Of a DNA stretch of 64,000 nt, positions 49,951-63,647 are shown in pieces; within the stretch, counting starts at the first letter, position 1, and each line of letters begins with the position of its first letter. This DNA is from Podarcis muralis (Eukaryota), in NCBI RefSeq assembly GCF_964188315.1, contig NC_135656.1:51274001-51338000 (forward strand). Reading direction: 5' to 3'. The position numbers and the translations under genes were made by a program. The notes beneath the pieces are model-generated. The model ran no database searches, had not been told where the DNA came from, and saw only the letters and a program-made list of their open reading frames with translations.

Positions 49951-50539
49951 TGGAAGCAATGCAAGCCTAGGTGTGATATGTAATATGTAGAGAAGACTCA
50001 CTTTGAAATGTCTGGGCTTATTAAGCTAACTCCTTAATGGGCTTACCAGCTTCAGCGTCAACACCGCTGAGTATTTTGTTGACTAGTTATCATACACATG
50101 TTTTTCTACCTTCCTTGCTAATCAAACAAGTGCACTGCCTGGGCTAGCACCGATCAGCACAACTCCTATGTGGCTTCCAGGCATCAGGTGTGCTGACAAT
50201 ACAGAATCCAGTTCACACCTGCTCTCATACACAATGTACATACACACTCCCAGGAAGAACCCACAGCGCTTCCTCCATCAGAGCCTCCCTTGGCCCACAG
50301 CTTAGGAGGACAGCAACTAATATGAGCAACAACATGCTGCAAGATTCCCTGCAGACAGTGGATTAAATCCCCTAGCAGCCTGAACACATCACCAAGAGCC
50401 TGTGAACATCCATTTTATGGGAACAGAAGGAGAGTCAAGACCAGACAGGGGAGGAGGAAGCTAGTCCAGTTACAGCAACCTCCTTACTTCATAACCCAGA
50501 AAATAGGAGCCAGGATGTAGACCAGAAATGCACATACTA

Positions 50540-50780
50540 TGCCAGTGTACTGGTTAGAGTACTGAACTAGGATCCGGGAGACCAGGGTTCAGATCCCCAC
50601 TCGTCCATGATGCTAACTGGGTGACCTTGGGTCAGTCACCATCTCTCATCCTAACCTATCTCTCAAGGTTGTTGTTGTGAAGATAAGATGGAGGATAAAA
50701 TGGAGAAGGGGGAAACCATGTATGCAACCTTGAGCTCCTTTGGGGAAAGGTGGTATAATAAATGTAAACAAAAATAAATA
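50540..50780 (+). mobile_element. CORE/MIR-like SINE
   Basis: tggttagagt..ggagaccagggttcagatcccc..ctgggtgaccttgggtcagtcac..accttgagctcc..ggtggtataataaatgt. Confidence 0.85.
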
Positions 50781-53700
50781 CCCAACATAGGAAATACTGC
50801 TACTGTAAAATGAAAGGTTGTTTTGCTACTACAAAATTTCTCCACATTGAGGAACGGAGACAAAGACGTGATATGCCCCTATGTGTTTGATTCTTCTGCA
50901 CACTTTGGGGGCCAAGAGAAGACATGGGGGTTGTTCAGGTGTCTTCGCCCTTTGCTGACCTGTGTGTGAGCTTTGGCTTTCCAGCTGCAGTCACAATGGA
51001 GTTGAAGGTCCTGATGGGTGTTTGTGTCTGGAGTTCTGAGGCAAGCTATCTGCTAGGAGTCATAAGAAAACATATCATAATCTGTCCTTTCTGCTGTGTT
51101 GTTGGTCTTGGCTGTTTGCCATTTGTACAAAGTAATCACTTTATGCAAAATGCTCCTTTCCTCTCAAAATTCCCCAAGTAAATTCAGTGTGTCACCACAG
51201 CCTCTCCTCCTGCCAGCACATTGGAACCTGGGATCAATCTTATTGCTTCCCAGCGGGCATAAATCAGGGGCAGGATTACACTGTTGAGCAATTTAGTTGT
51301 TATAGCATTTATTTTATTATATTTATGAATTGCTTCCACTGAAGCATCTCAAAGCGATTTTATAATACAATAAAAACATACATACATTTTATATAACAAA
51401 CAGTTAAAACAATTGCATATATAATTATTCTTTATTTTATATATGTACCAGGTTTTTTTTTCTTCATTGTGTCACCACAGAATGCTGAATGTTGTAGGGG
51501 TTATTAGTCTTTTATGCAAATAAATAAATGCTAATATACACGTGTGTATTATTCATGTCACACAGGACTTATCACACTGGCTTGGCCTGATTTGCTTCCT
51601 TTCTCTTGAGTTCACTTGTCTGCATCATCCAAGCAGGTGACTATTCCAGAAGCTCTTTTTCAAACTGTATCCTACCCATCTTCTCTTTTGTGACCGCTTA
51701 AAAGCGTTCTTCTTTCATAGAACACCACATGTCAGTCCTTCCTTGCAAGTATTGAGAAATGACTATGGGGGGGGGGGGAATTCAAACTGACAACGGCATA
51801 GCTTTAAGAAGTTGTTGCCTGTATCCTTCCTCCCACCCACCCTGTCACCCCTCGCTAACTAATTTTCCCAACCCTTCATCTCAACCTGGCCTATTCAAGG
51901 TGTAAATTTCATTGTGCATAACACCTGTCTTGTTCTATTATCAGCTACATGACCTACATTTAGAGCTGTATACTGCAATAAAAGGTGACAGAAGAGAGAA
52001 ATTGTTTTGCAAGGCACAATCCGGCAGATAATTTCAGTTAGTGCTTCTATAATCAAGCTGTGCCTCACAGGGTGTGGCAGAGGACTTTGTGAATGGTTGC
52101 ATTGTAAGAAACTGCAACAAAGCCCTCAGCTAAGAGGCATAACATCTGATGCCAGCCGGGGAACTCACAGGCACCATCTGGATCAAATCATAAGAGCTGA
52201 ATGGAGATACGCCAATTGACATTAGCTCATGCCAAGCCCTCTAAGCCACAAATACAGCTCCACCAATGAACACCACAGAGTTATATGAACTCCCTTGGCA
52301 CTAATGCAGTTGGCCTGGCATGATTTTTTTAAAAAAAAACTAAAACAAAGCATTATGTTGCTCACAATATACCATCTCATTGCCAAACCCCAGAAAACAC
52401 ATCTACCATAATAGTACGTAAAGCAGATGGCAAAGTCTGAGGCTATGTTACAACCCACTAGCCAAAGTCAATCCCCTTATTATTCAAGAACCAACAGTTT
52501 CTACTATCCAGACCCTACCAAAGTGGGACTTCAAGTGCCACTATGGCCCTAGTTATGACTGAATCCCCTGTGGTGCAACAATATGGCCACCATTGTACAC
52601 ACTTTGGTAAAATGTTCAACTTGTTTACTGTGGTACCTGGCTCCATCTGAAGGGGAAGAAAGATACTGAGGCCTCTTCTTTTTGCCTGGCTAGGATCAAC
52701 AGCCATTTGGCCTTCGCCCTCCTAGGAGAGGCCTTTCAGCAGCCATCTCCACCTGGAGTGTCCACCAAGGTTGATGCCATCCCTTTTTAATTTTTCATTT
52801 GTAATGACTGACACTAATGAGGCATCCTATGTGAAGCAGCTGCAGCAGCTACCATATTCATTACCCCAGAATGCATCTAGGCCTATACACTAGGCCTGCC
52901 TTCATCAATCGCAGGTAGCAGTGGAAATGGGTGGCAACAAGTAGCCCCATGCTCAGCAGAGAAGTGCTCTTCTTACTTCTAAACGTGGAAGGTGGTGCCA
53001 CTAAAATAGGGCAAATAAACATTTTCTTGAAATGCCATTGTAGAGCATTTTCACACACGTTCCAACTGCTTGCAATTCCAACATGAAGCTTACATATTGT
53101 GAATTAACAGTCTGGACATCTGCAATGCTTTCCCCCACTATAAGCACAGTGACTGATAATTACTTGCATTCTAACAATTCAAAACAATCCTGTGCAGTAG
53201 GTCATCAAATGCTCAAAGAGTTTCCATGTGTGGGGAGAATCTGGATCATGCTCACCAGGCCCCACATTCCATACCGTTAATTCTTTTTTGCAGATGTCCT
53301 GCACACAGACTCCCTATCCTATGCATAATCTGTAGTCTTAGCTTTTGAAGAGTGCAGTCATCTGCGGAAATAGGACCTTGAATGCACAAGGGCTGGGGCA
53401 GGGCCAACAAGCATGATCCTGGTCCTATGACAGCAATTTGTAAATGACAATCTGCACAGCACTTAAGCCATTCCCTTTCAGCAAGAATTTCAGAAAGAGA
53501 TAAATTCACCCTCTCACCCACAACGTGGAGTTTGTGTGTGCGCGCATGCTAAATTAGTGTTTTTCTCCAGTGAAGGTAGATCCAATATTTCCTTCAGCAA
53601 CTTATCCTTACAGCCAGGAAATGCGTCGTACCATCTGGACTCTCTCAGTTTTTTTGCTGATCCAACACAGACTTTAAGAAATCTACATCGCTGCTTTCTT

Positions 53701-53908
53701 TCCCCCACCCCTCTCCCCTGGAATTTGCATTTTTCCAGATAGTCTGCAAGGGACTCCAAGAAAACGCAGGGAACCCTATAAAAGCCCCAATGACCTGCGG
53801 CACTTGTACAATGTGACCTACAGACATGGATGCAAACATATCCAAATAAACAGAAGGATATCAGAACCATATTTACTGATCTACGTAAATAAAGAGAAAT
53901 AAAAGAGA

Positions 53909-54290
53909 ACCTCAAGGATAGCCTCTCCCCCTACGAACCAGCGTGGACCCTGTGATAATCATCTGAGGCGCTTCTTCGTGTGCCGTCTCCACAAGAGGTC
54001 CAGAGTGGGCAGGAACACAAGAGCAGACCTTTTCCCTGATGGATCCATGCTTGTGGAATGCTCTCCCTAGAGAGGCTTGCCTGGCACCTTCAGTAAATAT
54101 CTTTAGATGCTAGGCAAAAACATTCCTCTTCTCCCAGCTAATTAAGCAACATATAGCCTTCTAAACTGTGGGGAGGGGTATGATTTTTGTTTGGTACTAT
54201 GTTATGCATTTTTGTGCTTTCATACTGTGAACTACCCTGTGATCCTCGGATGAACGACGGTATAGAAATTTAATAAATGAATAACAAAAA
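53909..54290 (+). mobile_element. L2 LINE 3' end
   Basis: tgaggcgcttcttcgtgtgccgtctcc..cttgtggaatgctctccctagagagg..ggcaaaaacattcctctt..ccctgtgatcctcggatgaacgacggtatagaaatttaataaat. Confidence 0.85.
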
Positions 54291-54929
54291 TTAAATACTA
54301 GTTGAAAAGAACAACTGCTGCCTGGGCTCTTCCCTGTATGCTTTCCCTTGTATTTTCTTTTTAAAAATAATTGTCATCCAATAATAAGCAACACAAATCC
54401 CCTTCAGAAGGGCTTGAAGGAGAAAGGGGCGGTGAAGCAAAGAAGGTGAGAGACCCGAGAACATGCAGTAGATCTCTGGCAGGAAAGGCTCTGTCTCGGT
54501 GATGAAGGACTGTTGCTTTTGTACATGCAGCAAATTCAGTTGTCTGCATAGATAAGGTATGGACATTTATGACATGTGTATGGGTCATTGTGCTTGTACT
54601 TCTGAGGCAAGGACAGTGAACAGAAGTCAAGTTAGTTGTGACACCCCATGTCTCACCATTTTCCAGGGTTATATACCCTCGAAGGTACCCACAGGAAACA
54701 CAACACAGGACATACCCGCACACGGACAAATGAGGTAGACAAGGTAAGGCACATTAGGTGGAGTCAACCCATCAAGGCTTCTCCTAAACTGCCCATGTCA
54801 GTCATCAGATAGACAAGACTACATGGGGGACAGGGAAGAGAGAACCTGTAGAGCAAGATTTGGACTTCACAGCTCATGGAAAGAAACACTGTTTCCCAAC
54901 ACAGTCCTAAAGACCACCCCCACCCACTA

Positions 54930-54952
54930 CATACACACACACACACACACAC
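54930..54952. repeat. (CA)n microsatellite
   Basis: Dinucleotide run. Confidence 0.9.
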
Positions 54953-55789
54953 AATTGCCCATGTAAAAAAAGAAAACTTTCTTAGAGAGTCTTTTTAAGG
55001 TTACATGCAAGCTACAGCTTATTATATGGTTGTAGCAAGAGGTAATGTCATGATTTGCTTCCAGGAAACTGTAAGCACCTACCTAACCAGCAACCAGAGA
55101 TTAAGGCTGCAGTCCAAACCGTATTGACTCCCAGGTAACTCTCATTGGATTCAATAAGATTTACTTCTGAGCAGGCATGGCTAGGATTGCACTGTAATTC
55201 ACTAATGGCAAGGCAAATCTTTACCACTGAGTACCTGCTCCCTAGTGTAACATGGAAATACATGACAACCACCTCGGAATAAAAATAGCTAAATAGCACA
55301 AAATGTGTAGCAACCTTCTTTGCTATGTCAGAGTAATTTTAAGCTTAACTTCCCTTACAGAAGAGTGACCTAACAGCCAAAGACTTTCACAGCCAAATAT
55401 CAAGGCTCAGAGAGATCTAGGGGAGCCATTACTTTGAATTCCCCCAGCCCTCTGAGGGTTAGATGAAGCCCTTAGAATGCCACTTTCTCCCATCCAACTT
55501 CTATTTAATAGCCACATAAATCCAGCAGTGACAAGAGAGTGTTTTGAAGCAGGCAGGACAGGATATTTGCCTTTTGGAAATGTAGTCTTTATGGAAACAG
55601 ATCTGTATTTTCACAAGATAAGGACTAAATGCCACTCTGTAATGGGAGAGAAAGAGGGGGAGGAAGTCAACCTTGGCCAAGAACCGCCCCTCTTGAAAGA
55701 CCTTGAAATGTATTACAAGCAGAGGAGCTACCCAGGGCTTCTTTATATCCATTTCAGCATTAGGTACCATACATTTTCTGTAAGAAGTA

Positions 55790-55870
55790 TACTCATGTGT
55801 ACGTTTTGTTTGGTGAACCACCCTGAGACCTCCAGGTATGAAACAGTATATAAATTCAGCAACAACAACA
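55790..55870 (+). mobile_element. L2-type 3' terminus
   Basis: gtgaaccaccctgagacctccaggtatgaaacagtatataaattca(gca/aca)n. Confidence 0.6.
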
Positions 55871-56204
55871 CATTTTCAAGTGGGCTTGAAGTGAAGGCAA
55901 AGTATCTACCTCCCACTTGTGGAAGGTTCTTCATGAGCCTCACAGGAAAGAGAGAGAAGTTTGCTTGCACAGTAGTCAAGCATCCTCACATTTACAGCAA
56001 ATATAATACGAGAAGCAGTGCGGGAAGTACCTATCTTTGAAAGTTGCCCTATTGATTCAGGCTGACAGCTGCCTTCAAGAAGCAATGGAAGTTAATTTGG
56101 GGTGTTTAAAATGTAAAACATGTTCTTCAAAAAACATGGCACCTCCTATCAAACCTATGATGCTGAATTCTAATTGCTCCATCTTGAAAGCTGCCTTATA
56201 AAGA

Positions 56205-56360
56205 ATCAGGCTGTTAGTCCATCTAACTCAGTATTGCCTACAAAGACTTGCAGTGGCTCTCTGGGATTTCTGGCAAGGAGGTCTTCCCCAGACCTACCTG
56301 AAAATGCCAGCGATTGAACCTGAGACCCTTTGTATGCAAAGCAGGTGCTCTATACCACAC
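56205..56360 (-). mobile_element. tRNA/CR1-tail SINE (same family as 40800)
   Basis: gtccatctaactcagtattgcctaca..gattgaacctgagaccctttgtatgcaaagcaggtgctcta. Confidence 0.75.
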
Positions 56361-57994
56361 TTCCCCATAGGAAATCAGCTTAGAAAAGAGATAACTGAAG
56401 GCATACAACTGGGTGTTGACAACAGCCACTCAGGATATGAACAGGGTAAACAAAATATTTTCATAAAAGAGGACCAACCACCATTAAAAATTTTGAGGAA
56501 GATTTCGAAAAAGCAGAAGCAGTCTAATTGTCTGCTATGAAATATAAACAACGAAGTTGATAAGGATGAGTGCCAAATACCAAATAGTGAAACTAGTTTC
56601 AAAAAACCAGGGTGAGACTCATGTTTGTAATAGAGCCCAATAGTTATTGTCCAAATGTATCAGGAGCAACAGTCACTTGCTCAAGACACCAGTTGATAGC
56701 AGAGGCTGAAGACTGAGAGTTTTGACCCCAGGCCTATACACTATATAAAGTTTAAACCCCAGGTTTTAAAAGAACTTCTTCAACTTGTTATTACAAGGCT
56801 ATCAGCAATGACGTTCAAATACTGTATAGGAGAAGGCAAGACTGTTGAATGCACATTGTGGAGCACCTAGTGGATGGCTACCCCTCAATGGTTTCCATTG
56901 CCACGAGTGTTGTTCTGTGTTATTAGCATGGCCTAAGTTTCCATGTCTGCGTAATGAAAAACACTGCCATGCTACTAATTTGCCTGGCTTGGACTTGGCA
57001 ACAGTTCTGCATTTGGAATCCCATGGTTCACAGAAGAGGTCTGTTTACTTTGTTGTTTTAATTCATCTTTACTAGCAAAGATGAGCACACTACGCTCCAT
57101 GTCAACAGCCTCCAGACCCAAGTGCAGTTAGATCCTGACCCTTCCTTCCTCTTTGCCATTTGGAGGACAACAATAAAGTAGCAAATATCGAAAGTGCCAA
57201 TGCTAAGCTCAACAGGCTACAGCTTTGCCATTTTCACTTGTGTTACTTATTGGTGTGGTTATATTGTGGTTGTTTATTTTTACTCCACTTTGTGAGCCAC
57301 CTTGAGTCCACTTGTGCCGGAAAGCAGGGTGTAGAAAGAACTGGGTTCAAACTCCATCTCAGTCATGAAGCTCAGTATATGATTATGGGCCAGCTTTTCT
57401 CTCTTGGGGTGGGGTGGGGGGCACACATGCCACAATAAGTTCCTTGCAAGGAGGCTGCGATTTTAAAATGTAATGTGTAATGGGGAGAGAACTAACACGT
57501 TTTAGTAAACAGAGACAGGATAGTCTGGCTTTCTGTTATGGTTGGCAAGTTTGCCAAGAGATTTTACCTTCTACAAAGTGGGGGAAATGTAGTCTTTCCT
57601 TATTGTGTGTTGTTACAAGGCCTGGAGGATAAACAAGTAGGCAAATTCTTCTTTAAAAAACACACTACCAGTCATTTTTAATATATCAATAATTATAATC
57701 TGTTGGGTAATGGTAAATTTTGAAATGCAGGAGTTCATCCTAGCCACACAACCCAGGGAGAGATGCAGGCAATGGTGTTAATCCATACATACGCACAATG
57801 CCCTCCACCCCCAAAAGCAGCAGTACATAGCATAATGTCCAATTTATTAGATCAGCCAACCATCATAAAATAGATTTTTATGGAATAAATACAATTTGTA
57901 ACTACTGATCTAACAGAAAGATCTCCAGCCACCTGAAACACAGCCATTAGCTTTTAATTAGAAATGCAACAGTCTTGCAAAGATCTTTTACTGG

Positions 57995-58975
57995 AACTGA
58001 TAGCTTGAAGTTGAAAACCCATGGTGGCTTGTGCATGGCCTATTGCCATGCACATTGTGGGGGGCTGCCCTTGAAGATGATCCAGAACTAGTGCAGAATG
58101 CAGCTGCTAGGTTGGTGTGTGGCAGTCCAATGGGATCATCATGCACCACTGATCTTGAAAACACTGCACTAGGTGTCAGTGAGCTACTGGGCAAAATTCA
58201 ATGTGTTAGCTGATATTTAGGGTAGCATTGTGGTCTAAACCACTGAGCCTCTTGGGCTTGCTGATCAGAAGATCGGTGGTTCGAATCACCGCGACGGGGT
58301 GAGCTCCCATTGCTCAGTCCCAGCTCCTGCCAACCTAGCAGTTTGAAAGCAACCCCCCCCCCCAAAAAAGTGCAAATAGATAAATAGGTACCGCTCTGGT
58401 GGGAAGGTAAACAGTGTTTCTGTGCACTGCTCTGGTTTCGGTGTTCCATTGCGCCAGAAGTGGCTTAGACATGCTGCCCACATGACCCGGAAAAACTGTC
58501 TGCGGACAAATGCCAGCTCCCTCAGCCTGTAAAGCGAAATGAGTGCCGCAACCCAGAGTCATCTGTGACTGGACTTAACTGTCAGGGGTCCTTTACCTTT
58601 AGTACTATCTCAGGCTCTACTATCAACACACAAGGTCCAGTTGGTGATGCCACCACAGAGTGCTAACCTGCACCAGTTCTCCACTTATGGAATGCCCTCC
58701 CTGATGAAGTGCATCAGTCTCCCTCTCTACTGACTCTCATGAGGGATTTTAAAACATTCCTGAGCACCCAGGTATTTGATGGCTGACAGTGAATGTTCCG
58801 TGTAACCTTGAAATTATTAACTAAGAGAGTGTGTAACTGCTCTTAAATTATTTTCAATACTTCTAGATGTCCCAAGTTATTTTTAATTTCATTGTTTTTA
58901 CTACCTTGTTGTTTGCTGCCTTGGGCTCTTTTGGAAGGAAGAATGGGATAGAAAAGAAAAAAGAAAAAGAAAAGC
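57995..58975 (+). mobile_element. Old L2 3' portion interrupted by a Sauria SINE
   Basis: LVQNAAARLV motif at ~58085-58120; L2 3' sequence resumes after 58600 (tatggaatgccctccc..aaaacattcctg..ttgtttgctgccttgggctc). Confidence 0.8.
58220..58600 (+). mobile_element. Full-length Sauria SINE
   Basis: tRNA head (tgtggtctaaacc..ggttcgaatc), core (gatagataaataggtaccgct..gggaaggtaaac) and BovB-like tail (gcaacccagagtc..gtcaggggtcctttaccttt). Confidence 0.95.
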
Positions 58976-60959
58976 ACCCAGCATCTGCTTGGTTATCTTC
59001 CTCATTCTCCGATTTCCTCTATGCTAATCTGTCATTAACAATATCCGCCCTCCCTTCCCCACAGGTGGGCGGGGTTTGAGGCACCAAGCGAGGCTCACCT
59101 GGGCGGGTGCCACCCACCTGCTTGAGCTGGCCTTTGACCCGCCCTCGGCCAGGGAGGACAATGGACGGCCGGCCAGGGGTGGGCCTAAGGCCAAAAGAAA
59201 AGAGGCTGACTCCTTGGCTCAAGCCTCTTTTGCCGTTTTTCCTTCTGGGATCAGATCCCTCCCTTCCCCACAGGTGGGAGGGGTTTGTGTGTGTGCCCGC
59301 AATAGGAAAACCTCTTTACCACCTCATTCACTTGCCAGGCAGAGAGGATCCCACAGTTGCATGATGTCATCATTCCCCCCCGCACCCCGAAAAAAAGTCC
59401 TGGAGCTCTGCTCCCCTATGTTCACCTTCTACCATTGGCTGTAAAATGTCTTAACTAAAAAAATATAAATAAAAAGCACAAGACAAGAGCTATCTTTGGA
59501 TGTTAAAGTAAACATGAGAGGGAGGGCAGTGTGGACAAGCACACTGACTCCATGCACACACACACCCCGCTGCCCAATGTCTATCACCATGTCTCTCACT
59601 TTCCTACTCATGGAAAGTGACAAGTCTGAAGCCTTTTGAATCCATGATGGTTCCTCATACATTTTAGAATCCTGAATAATTTGTAAAATGCAGGATATAA
59701 AAGGCCTCGGCTTCAGACTGTTGCTCCCGCTCTCTTGGCCTGAAAGTGGAGATGAGCACTGCTGGATTTGAACGGACTTAACTGCCCATGGGTCCTTTAT
59801 CTTTCGTTTTACCTTCTCCTAGTTGGAAGGGGGCAGAAATGGTAGTGGAGGGGGCCAAGCTATTTTGCTCATCCAAAGTGCTTTCCTCCCTCCCCATGCA
59901 TGTACTATAGCACCTGAACAGGGCTGAAAAGCTAAATGCTGTCAAGGGACAGTCAGCGTTTGCAGAAATCAAGTAGCATAACTTGGTTCAAAATAAGCAG
60001 GGTACTAATGCTTGGAAAACACACCTGTTAAGTGGCTATATACTAGGAGTGTATTAGCAGTTACCTTCTGTGGGGAAGCCTTACAATGGGAAAATTTATG
60101 CTTACCTTTATCTACCTACATGGGTTTAGCAACTTGATCAGGTGTGTTACACAAGCGTCTCCCACATGAAGTGCCTTCGTAATGCAAAAGTAGGCTTCAC
60201 CAAAGATAATCAGAAGCCAAGAACAATAAACATAAATGGGAGGGAAGAAAAGTCCCAGTGCAAAGTCTCAGAAGGCAACCCTGACATAATGAGGAGACAA
60301 ATACTGAGGCTTTATCAAAGGAATGTTCCTTTTGAGACTAGTGTGTGTATATATGACAGATTAGCCTGCTTTGTGAGTAAAATGCATATATTTCTCAGAT
60401 AAATCCTCTGGATTATCAGGCAACCAGAGAGTAAAAAGGTCAAGCCCAGTGAAAAACTGTGAGGACCTAAAGGTACAGATGCTAAATTCTACTAATCTCC
60501 TTTCCCTTTTAATCTTTCTTGTTTTCTTTACATAACAGGGGAAACCCGGAAGATTGTTGTAAGAGACAGGTTGACACAAATAAAGAGTTTCCCTGCATTA
60601 TGAATTTACTAGGGTTAATGCCAACTAACAGGTGATTTAATCAACTGCTCTACTGAAAACAGGGAAATCTGAGAAAGGGTTGCCGGACATTATAATTGCA
60701 TGTGTCAAGTTGCATGACATTGAATAGAGCTAGATGTTAACAGATAAATGTAAAAAGTAAATGAAAAAGTGTGTGGAAACATTATTGCAGTTCTATGGTG
60801 GCCAAGCTGGCTTCTCAATGTGCCTTTCTCCCTAAATTCCAGCAGCTGCAAATTAACAGAAGATTAAGTAGCAAGCAGCACCATTTTCTACCTTGTGTTG
60901 ATCTTCACAGCTTGAGACCTTGGTACATATGAGAATGCCTCTTCCCATATGTATTTTCC

Positions 60960-61310
60960 CAGACATTGAGATTTTCATCTGAGACCTCAAAAGCCTCTGC
61001 CAAGGGAAATAAGGCGAGAGGCTATGAGTAAAAGGGCCTTTTTAGTAGTGACACCTGGGACTTGGAATACCCATCCCAGGTAGTTCTGCCTGATACCTAC
61101 CCTAATACTCTTTCCACTTTCCCAGGCCTTTAAAATCTTCTTGTAACTTTGAACTGTGTTTTATATTTTCTGATTTTTATTCTCTGCTGTGTTGTTCTTA
61201 ATCTTACCTGATTTTGCTTTCGTGCTGCATTTTGCCATATTGTATTTTTATTGAGTTGAGGCATATTTTTAACTTGCTGCTTTTTATTTTGTGAACTGCA
61301 TAGATAACTT
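60960..61310 (+). mobile_element. Old L2 3' remnant
   Basis: agggcctttttagtagtgacacctgggacttggaatacc followed by a T-rich UTR. Confidence 0.5.
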
Positions 61311-62101
61311 TCTTTATCGGCTGCCCCATAACAGAAAGTTAACAAAACACAGGGTAGAGCTATATAATTCTAAAACTGTTTTTAAAAACATCTTACAAAG
61401 ACGGCACAGGTTCCTGCACAGTATCACCCTTGGAAGCCATTTTCCTCTTTGTTGTTAATTGGGTCTTGGAAACCAGCTCAGGCTCAACTGTAGATCAAGC
61501 ACAACAGCCTGCGTTTTCTGGTTTTGAACAGAGTTGCTGTGTGACTAGATTGTGGGGTTTGCTTGGCCTCATGCTATGATTATGGTGCAGCACCACAGAA
61601 GACAATTATTCATGTGATGGAAGAATGCCCAACCAGCATCTGGAGTTCAGTTTCCATGCCTAGCATTCCTGGACAGAGAGGCTCTTCTTTTACTCTTGGG
61701 ATGTTGACAGAGAGTTCTGATGGACCCATATTTGAAAGAGGGATCCAAAGAAGAGCCAAGACATTTCCTGAATAGAAATGGAGCCAAAATGAAGTTAGTT
61801 GCGTACAGAAACATTTATATTGATAAATGATAGTTCCGTGTCTAGATCAAGCAGCCATAAAGGGGCCTTGAATATAAAGGTGCAGGAATCATAAATAGAC
61901 ATTATAATATGTTCTATGCATCTTAATAGATACCACCCTGTTTGCATTCAAGCAAGCTTTACTTAGAGTAGATCCATAGAAACTAATGAAGAAGACTAGT
62001 TCATTAATTTCAACAGGTAAGTCTACTCTGGGTAAAATTTAGTTGAATACCAACCACAGTACTTACATGGTAGTAGATTAAAAAGGAACAATAACATATT
62101 C

Positions 62102-62358
62102 CAAGGGTCCCCAACTATGCGGGCCCAAGGTCACATTTAGAAACCTAAGTTAAGAAAATATAATAGGCACCATATAATATTCATTTCATGGAATAAAAAC
62201 CTCAGTGCTCAGAACACCACTGTACTGTATAGCTCTATGCTTCTATGAATGTGCAAAATAACCACAAGAGACAAAACACCTACAGCCAAATTAGGGAGGT
62301 CAGGGGGCTTTGGTGGGTATGAAGGGGGTTCTCAAGACAGCAATGTTGGGGAGCCCAG
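62102..62358. mobile_element. Possible degenerate hAT non-autonomous element
   Basis: Imperfect TIRs caagggtccccaac / gttggggagcccag; no TSD found. Confidence 0.4.
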
Positions 62359-63515
62359 GTGTCTTCTATATACCTCAAGGCTAGGCGTTTGGGGGCATAG
62401 ATTATGACAGGCTACATTCCAAGTGTTGATTATACTCAACAACACAGGCTAATGCATATGGCCAGAAGTATTTCAGACATTCACAAAAGTTGGAAGTGGT
62501 GCAGAAACCCAGTGAGAACCTCAATACTAAAGCTAAAGACCTATCGGGAAATATCTGACCTAAAGTGATTTATGGTCTAGAAAAAAGTTAATATAGTATG
62601 AGATAGGTGGGGGATATTATTAAACTGGTACTGTAGCTGTATGCTATTGCAAAATGTACATGAAGCAAGAGAGGACAAATGGAAAGTTTTGTTAAGAAGA
62701 CAAGAATTACCAGTCTACAGCTGACGTATCTTTTCACTTATTTCCAACACAAATTTACCCAAAAACACCCCAGGCAGGGCTTGGCACCATGCACCTTTCT
62801 CTTCAACACAGATCCCAGGATGGAAAAGGAATCATTGCCTCTCTTGTAGAATGTCAAGCAGGTACTTTCTCATTTCCATGAGTGTTCATTAATTTGAGAA
62901 AGTACATTGATTGAGTCTGGCAGGACAGAGCAGAGCAGAAGGCTCTAACTCTATGGGACCAAAGTTCATGGGACACCTCATCTGGACACCTCAATCACCT
63001 ATTTGTTCCTATATAATGTACAAGTTGCTTCAGAAGAAGGGCAAAATAGTATGAAGATCTTATTATCACTAAAAAAGGACTGAAACTCTCCCATAATAGT
63101 TAATGTTATTTCAGATGTGGGTTACAATATTTAATTGATTCATCAGTTAGAGTAATGAATTTAAAAGGTTGTATAAATGATGCCACCAATTAATTGGACA
63201 ACAGATTTTATGAAAATTCTTAATTATTTTCAGTTCAAGAATTTACCCAAACCTTGAGTGGTGGGCACCCTCACGGTGCCTGCTGTGACATATGCATGCA
63301 CCATCTAAAAACAAATTATGCCTCCCATGATATATTGTTTTATTATATGCTAATTTATGCAGCTTATGTCGATTACATCAACTAAAACTCATATCACAAA
63401 AGGACTAAGATTTCTTTCATCACATGGCAAAGGTATTTTAAATGCTCTTTAAACTATCTATGTATGCATGTATCTGTAATCTGTCTAAAAACAAGTTGGT
63501 CACAACACCACCATA

Positions 63516-63647
63516 CATTTAAAACACATGGTTTCCCTTGAAGAATCCAAGTAACTGTGCTTTGTTATGGGTGCTGGGAATTCTAGCTCTGCAAGAAGTA
63601 ACTTGCAGTTCCCACAATGCTTTGGGGGAATCCATATGTTTTAAATG
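63516..63647. mobile_element. Palindromic MITE (same family as 45170)
   Basis: catttaaaacacatgg...ccatatgttttaaatg inverted ends and the same central gggtgctgggaatt.tagctctg. Confidence 0.75.

Noticed and set aside
54667-54743. 77-nt exon candidate (ttttccag|…caag|gtaagg)
   Set aside because: The translation has no recognisable homology and there are no supporting neighbouring exons.
55477-56040. 187-aa plus-strand ORF
   Set aside because: No recognisable domain, and it runs through an L2-type 3' tail at ~55790-55870, so it is probably a chance ORF.
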